DNA of 64,000 nucleotides from Nitrospirota bacterium. GTDB lineage: Bacteria > Nitrospirota > Nitrospiria > Nitrospirales > Nitrospiraceae. Both the position numbers and the translations under genes were made by a program. The stretch spans positions 322,858-386,857 of the forward strand of contig CAVPGK010000017.1 in assembly GCA_963703955.1 (NCBI GenBank). Reading direction: 5' to 3'. The notes below the pieces were generated by a model. The model searched no databases. It was not told the origin of the DNA and saw only the letters and a program-made list of their open reading frames with translations. This document shows positions 62,090-64,000 of the stretch, piece by piece; the first letter of the stretch is position 1, and each line of letters opens with the position of its first letter.

Positions 62090-62824
62090 TGGTTCCGGAG
62101 CCGCCAGGCGCACTCAGAGCATTTATTCCGTTGTGGAGCCTCGTGCTGTCATTAGTAAGGGATACAATTACGTTGCCCTTCCCCCAGTAGTTGGATAGTC
62201 GTCAAAGTCCACGCAGCCGCCAGAGGTGCTGGTGTGATAACACCCTTGGAAAGGCACCATAGTCATAAGTGTCGTGGAGGAACCGCTGGCCGGAAGCAAT
62301 GCGTTGACTAATGCATTAGCCCCGATCTTGGCATTAGCTATCTTGGCTCCAGCCATGGAGCCCGTGTTGTCCAGGTTTACGGCGAGATCCACGAGACCCC
62401 CGGTAGCCGCGACGGCGGTGGCCTGCACATTTATGACATCACAATTCCCGCAGCCCATGAGATTTCCTAGGCGGATGAAAATCGTCGGCGTCGAAGCGGT
62501 CCCGGTAACCTGCACGGCATCTTTCGGATGTCCAGCCGCGTCGTTGACGGTCACCTGCGTAACCACGAGGTTAGAGCAGTTAGTTACACCGTTCATTCTT
62601 GCGGAGTCGCAGGCTGCATCTTCCGCACCGGAGAGACCGCCAGTGGTGATACGCGATGCGGCGGCGATGGCCGCCGCATCAACTGTCCTGGTAAGTTCGG
62701 ATTTTAGGAGAAACCCGCGCCCTCCGTCTGTCGCCATACCGACGAAAAATCCCAAGACAACGAAGCCCAGCGTGGTAAAAATGATTACTTGACCTTTCTC
62801 ATTCAATTTCTTTTTCATACTCAT
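62090..62824 (-). CDS. TadG-like pilus assembly protein with vWA domain, frameshifted and 3'-truncated
   Basis: EKGQ + TM, D.GR......L...VDAAAIAAA, LDNTGSM (MIDAS-like); after a G-run shift continues LTNDSTRLHNGINALSAPGGSGT to ~62090. Confidence 0.8.
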
Positions 62825-63528
62825 GCTCCTTGTTTCAGGATCCCTGTATTTGATGCCCGATCATCCTACTACGTCCATAAAAACCGATTGCCGATGGAAG
62901 ATTCCGGGCGCCAATACGCCGATAAAGTTTTGCACTGGAGTCAGTTTGGCGGGGCCGTAGTCATAAAAGACTTCAACAATGTGGAGGACGATCCCAGACG
63001 TTCGACAAATTCTTCACCTCCGGCAGCGTAAGATGGGCGCAGGTGCCATCGGCGCCGACTTGGCTCGCCTGTCCCAGCGAGCCGTACTCCCACGTAACAG
63101 TGCTGCTAGGCCATCCCGCGCTGGTTCGCCTGATCCTACTAGTTATCGGCTGCGCCGCTGGCAATTGGGCCACCGCCACAGGCACCGGCAGCGGGATTCC
63201 ATTCGACGATCGAATAGTAAACTTTAAACTGGTTCGGCCCCGTCGGTCCTGTTCCCGTTAGGTGTATGGTAGGGCTGGCTGCGGTTATCGCCTGGTTGAA
63301 ACCATTGTTAATGTTAGTTGACCACTGCGTACTACCCTTGATTCCCGGTTGGCGCGACGCCAGGTTCGCCCCTTCACGGGTCAGGTGGGTCATGACGAGA
63401 TAGGAGTTGATCATGTTGCCGACCTCAACCACCCCGAGCCCCAAGGCGATCAGCATGGGTATCATTAAGGTCAGCTCGACCAAAGCTTGGGCACGCTTCG
63501 AACGGATAACTGTTCCTATTGCCGACAT
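62821..63528 (-). CDS. TadE/TadG family protein, frameshifted near 63140
   Basis: RAQALVELTLMIP.L..L.LGVVEVG...TREGA; coding continues in ORF 62973..63185; 3' end approximate. Confidence 0.75.
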
Positions 63529-63546
63529 ACCTTCCCCCTTCTCTCC

Positions 63547-64000
63547 CTACATGTACAATTCGTTTACCCAGGTCGTGCTTGCCGTGAGCGTAACCGGGAC
63601 CGGCAGCAAATGGTTAAAAAGGCCAGTGAACCATGGTTTTGTATAGGTAGCCGTCAACGTGACGGTTTGCCCCGGTCCTCCTGCGGGCTGTGCACATCCG
63701 CCTGTTCCTGCGCAGGTAACGGTCATGTGGGAAGCTAGATTGGCGCACGAAAGACCGGTGGCGATGAGATTTTCGCAGAACTTATTTTGTATTGTTCCCA
63801 ATCTTGCATTTGGATTGGTGCCGGAAAGATCAAGCCCCTGGCCGGTTACCATGTATCTGCCGGCTTCCGATAGAGCGTGTTGCATGTTCACCTTGGTGTA
63901 AAAAAGATGGGAGAACTCGACGATTCCAAAGAACACCATCATGAAAAGGAGAAAGCTAAAGGTCGTCTCCACGACAGCCTGGCCACGCTCGCATTTTATC
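63547..64000 (-). CDS. TadE family pseudopilin, 5'-truncated by window
   Basis: ERGQAVVETT..F.....GIVEFS......A..EAGR. Confidence 0.85.
   Translation of the reverse strand, partial: IKCERGQAVVETTFSFLLFMMVFFGIVEFSHLFYTKVNMQHALSEAGRYMVTGQGLDLSGTNPNARLGTIQNKFCENLIATGLSCANLASHMTVTCAGTGGCAQPAGGPGQTVTLTATYTKPWFTGLFNHLLPVPVTLTASTTWVNELYM

Noticed and set aside
1..64000. CRISPR array, IS transposase or prophage genes
   Set aside because: No repeat-spacer array, transposase or phage structural gene was recognised.

Overview
The window is most likely from a Nitrospira (Nitrospirota) genome, because it carries a Tat-exported Nitrospira-type nxrA-nxrB pair. It has four blocks. (1) The 3' end of a transglutaminase (TgpA-like) gene and tRNA-Gly(GCC). 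(2) A ~12.2 kb island (915-13102) bounded by a 38-bp duplication of the 5' half of that tRNA. It carries a CarH/LitR-like B12 photoreceptor regulator, three secreted FGE-sulfatase-fold paralogs, a TIGR01777 protein, a photolyase and a DUF523/DUF1722 protein, and no integrase was recognised. (3) An nxrAB copy broken by many indels and stops, probably an unpolished multi-copy locus. (4) A ~43 kb phosphorus-acquisition region: phoD, ppk1, corA, pit, a porin, ushA-like, CYTH, two pstS, pstCA, psiE, four Slp lipoproteins and atypical OmpR/NarL regulators. Many of its promoters share an 11-bp-periodic TTAACA-like hexamer array ending 9 bp before a TAnnnT -10 box. This block ends at an abrupt pstB/tadG junction, followed by Tad pilus genes. 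Scattered frameshifts in otherwise intact genes suggest long-read indel errors, so pseudogene calls are provisional. All family assignments come from motif recognition, not database searches.
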